A DNA stretch of 64,000 nucleotides from Mobula hypostoma. Its lineage: Eukaryota. Below are positions 62,469 to 64,000 of the stretch, piece by piece (the first letter of the stretch is position 1; the number at the start of each line of letters is the position of its first letter). Made by a program: the position numbers and the translations under genes. Where the stretch lies: positions 139,378,001 to 139,442,000 of the forward strand of contig NC_086097.1 in assembly GCF_963921235.1 (NCBI RefSeq), read 5' to 3'. The notes under the pieces were generated by a model. The model saw nothing but the letters and a program-made list of their open reading frames with translations, was not told the origin of the DNA and did no database searches.

Positions 62469-63573
62469 CAGTGGCATGCAAAAGTTTGGGCACCCCGGTC
62501 AAAATTTCCGTTTCTGTGAATAGCTAAGCGAGTAAAAGATGACCTGATTTCCAAAAGGCATAAAGTTATAGATGACACATTTTTTTAATATTTTAAGCAA
62601 GAAAACTTTTTTTTATTTTCACCTTTTACCATTTCAAAATAACAAAATAGGAAAAGGGCCCAAAGCAAATGTTTGGGCACCCTGCATAGCAGTACTTAGT
62701 AACACCCCCTTTGGCAAGTATCACAGCTTGTAAACGCTTTTTGTAGCCAGCTAAGAGTCTTTCAATTCTTGTTTGGGGGATTTTCGCCCATTCTTCCTTG
62801 CAAAAGGCTTCTAGTGCTGGGAGATTCGTGGGCCCTCTTGCATGCACTGCTATTTTGAGGTCTATCCACAGATTCTCAATGATGTTTAGGTCAGGGGACT
62901 GTGAGGGCCATGGCAAAACCTTCAGCTTGCACCTCTTGAGGTAGTCCATTGTGGATTTTGAGGCGTGTTTAGGTTCATTATCCTGTGGTAGAAGCCATCC
63001 TCTTTTCATCTTCGGCTTTTTTACAGATGGTGTGATGTTTGCTTCCAGAATTTGCTGGTATTTAATTGAATTCATTCTTCCCTCTACCAGTAAATGTTCC
63101 CCGTGCCACTGGCTGGAACACAAACCCAAAGCATGATCGATCCACCCCTGTGCTTAGCGGTTGGAGAGGTGTTCTTTTCATGAAATTCTGCACCCTTTTT
63201 TCTCCAAACATACCTTTGCTCATTGCAGCCAAAAAGTTCTATTTTAACTTCATCATTCCACAGGACTTGTTTCCAAAATGCATCAGACTTCTTTCCTTTG
63301 AACCTTTTGAATCGAACTTTTTGGCCAAATGAGCAAAGTTATGTTTAGAGAAATAAGGGTGCAGAATTTCATGAAAAGAACCCCTCTCCAACCTTTTTTG
63401 TTATTTTGAAACTGTAAAAGATGGAAATAAAAATGTTTTCTTGCTTAAAATATTAAAGAAATGTATCATCTTTAACTTTATGCCTTTTGGAAATCAGTTC
63501 ATCTTTTACTCACTTAGCTATTCACAATAACAGAAATTTTGACCAGGGGTGCCCAAACTTTTGCATGCCACCG
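62469..63573 (-). mobile_element. Internally deleted Tc1/mariner DNA transposon (DD34E)
   Basis: TA|CAGTGGCATGCAAAAGTTTGGGCACCCC...GGGGTGCCCAAACTTTTGCATGCCACCG|TA; ~180-bp TIRs; ORF 62626..63129 has QDN...WPSQSPDLNIIENLW with 34 residues between D and E. Confidence 0.95.
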
Positions 63574-64000
63574 TAAGCATCATTCACAGAAACCTCTATT
63601 ACATAGAGCTTTGCAAGGTGATCACAGTGTTGCTAGACTGATATTGTGATTAGCGTTTTCAGATTGGTCCTAGAAATGAAAGGATGAAAAGATGCAGCTG
63701 TTCTTGAACAAATGAAAGTTCACAAGATCCATTGGAGCCACGAGGAGAGATTGCATATGTACATATTAAAATGAGAGATGATCTTACCGAAACTTAGAAA
63801 TTCCTGCCTGGGTGCATAGGACCAGGTGTCACATTGTCAGAATATGAAATTGTCATTCAGGGCAAAGCTGAGGGAAATGACTGCGTAATTCTCTCCCTCA
63901 CAAAGCTGTGAAGTTCAGTCACTGTGTACTCAAGGCTGGTACTGACAGATGTTTGGGATTTGGATGAAGTAATCAATCAGGACAGATGAATAGCAGGGTG

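Overview
Vertebrate genomic DNA; the CR1, V-SINE and Penelope content suggests a cartilaginous fish (inference). The whole window lies inside one + strand gene, a PKHD1L1 (fibrocystin-L)-like gene. I traced 15 consecutive GT-AG exons (31123-60999; 3089 nt, about 1029 codons) that splice in phase with no stop. Start and stop codons are outside the window. Bases 1-30921 are an intronic array of a 33-bp minisatellite (about 935 units, open at the left edge) that accounts for nearly all the long ORFs in the track. A smaller diverged array of the same unit follows the last visible exon. The other introns hold a decayed near-full-length CR1 with three nested insertions, an L1-type twin-priming inversion, a young 5'-truncated CR1, a deleted Tc1 and small minisatellites. 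The most notable structure is a TSD-flanked Penelope-like palindrome (~530-bp arms) with a minimal hammerhead ribozyme in each arm. Also notable are the two-site CpG variant code, higher-order structure and RSS-heptamer content of the 33-mer array, and a 31-bp minisatellite of phased GGTCACGTGACC palindromes. I cannot show a wholly new system. Repeat boundaries were read by eye and are approximate.
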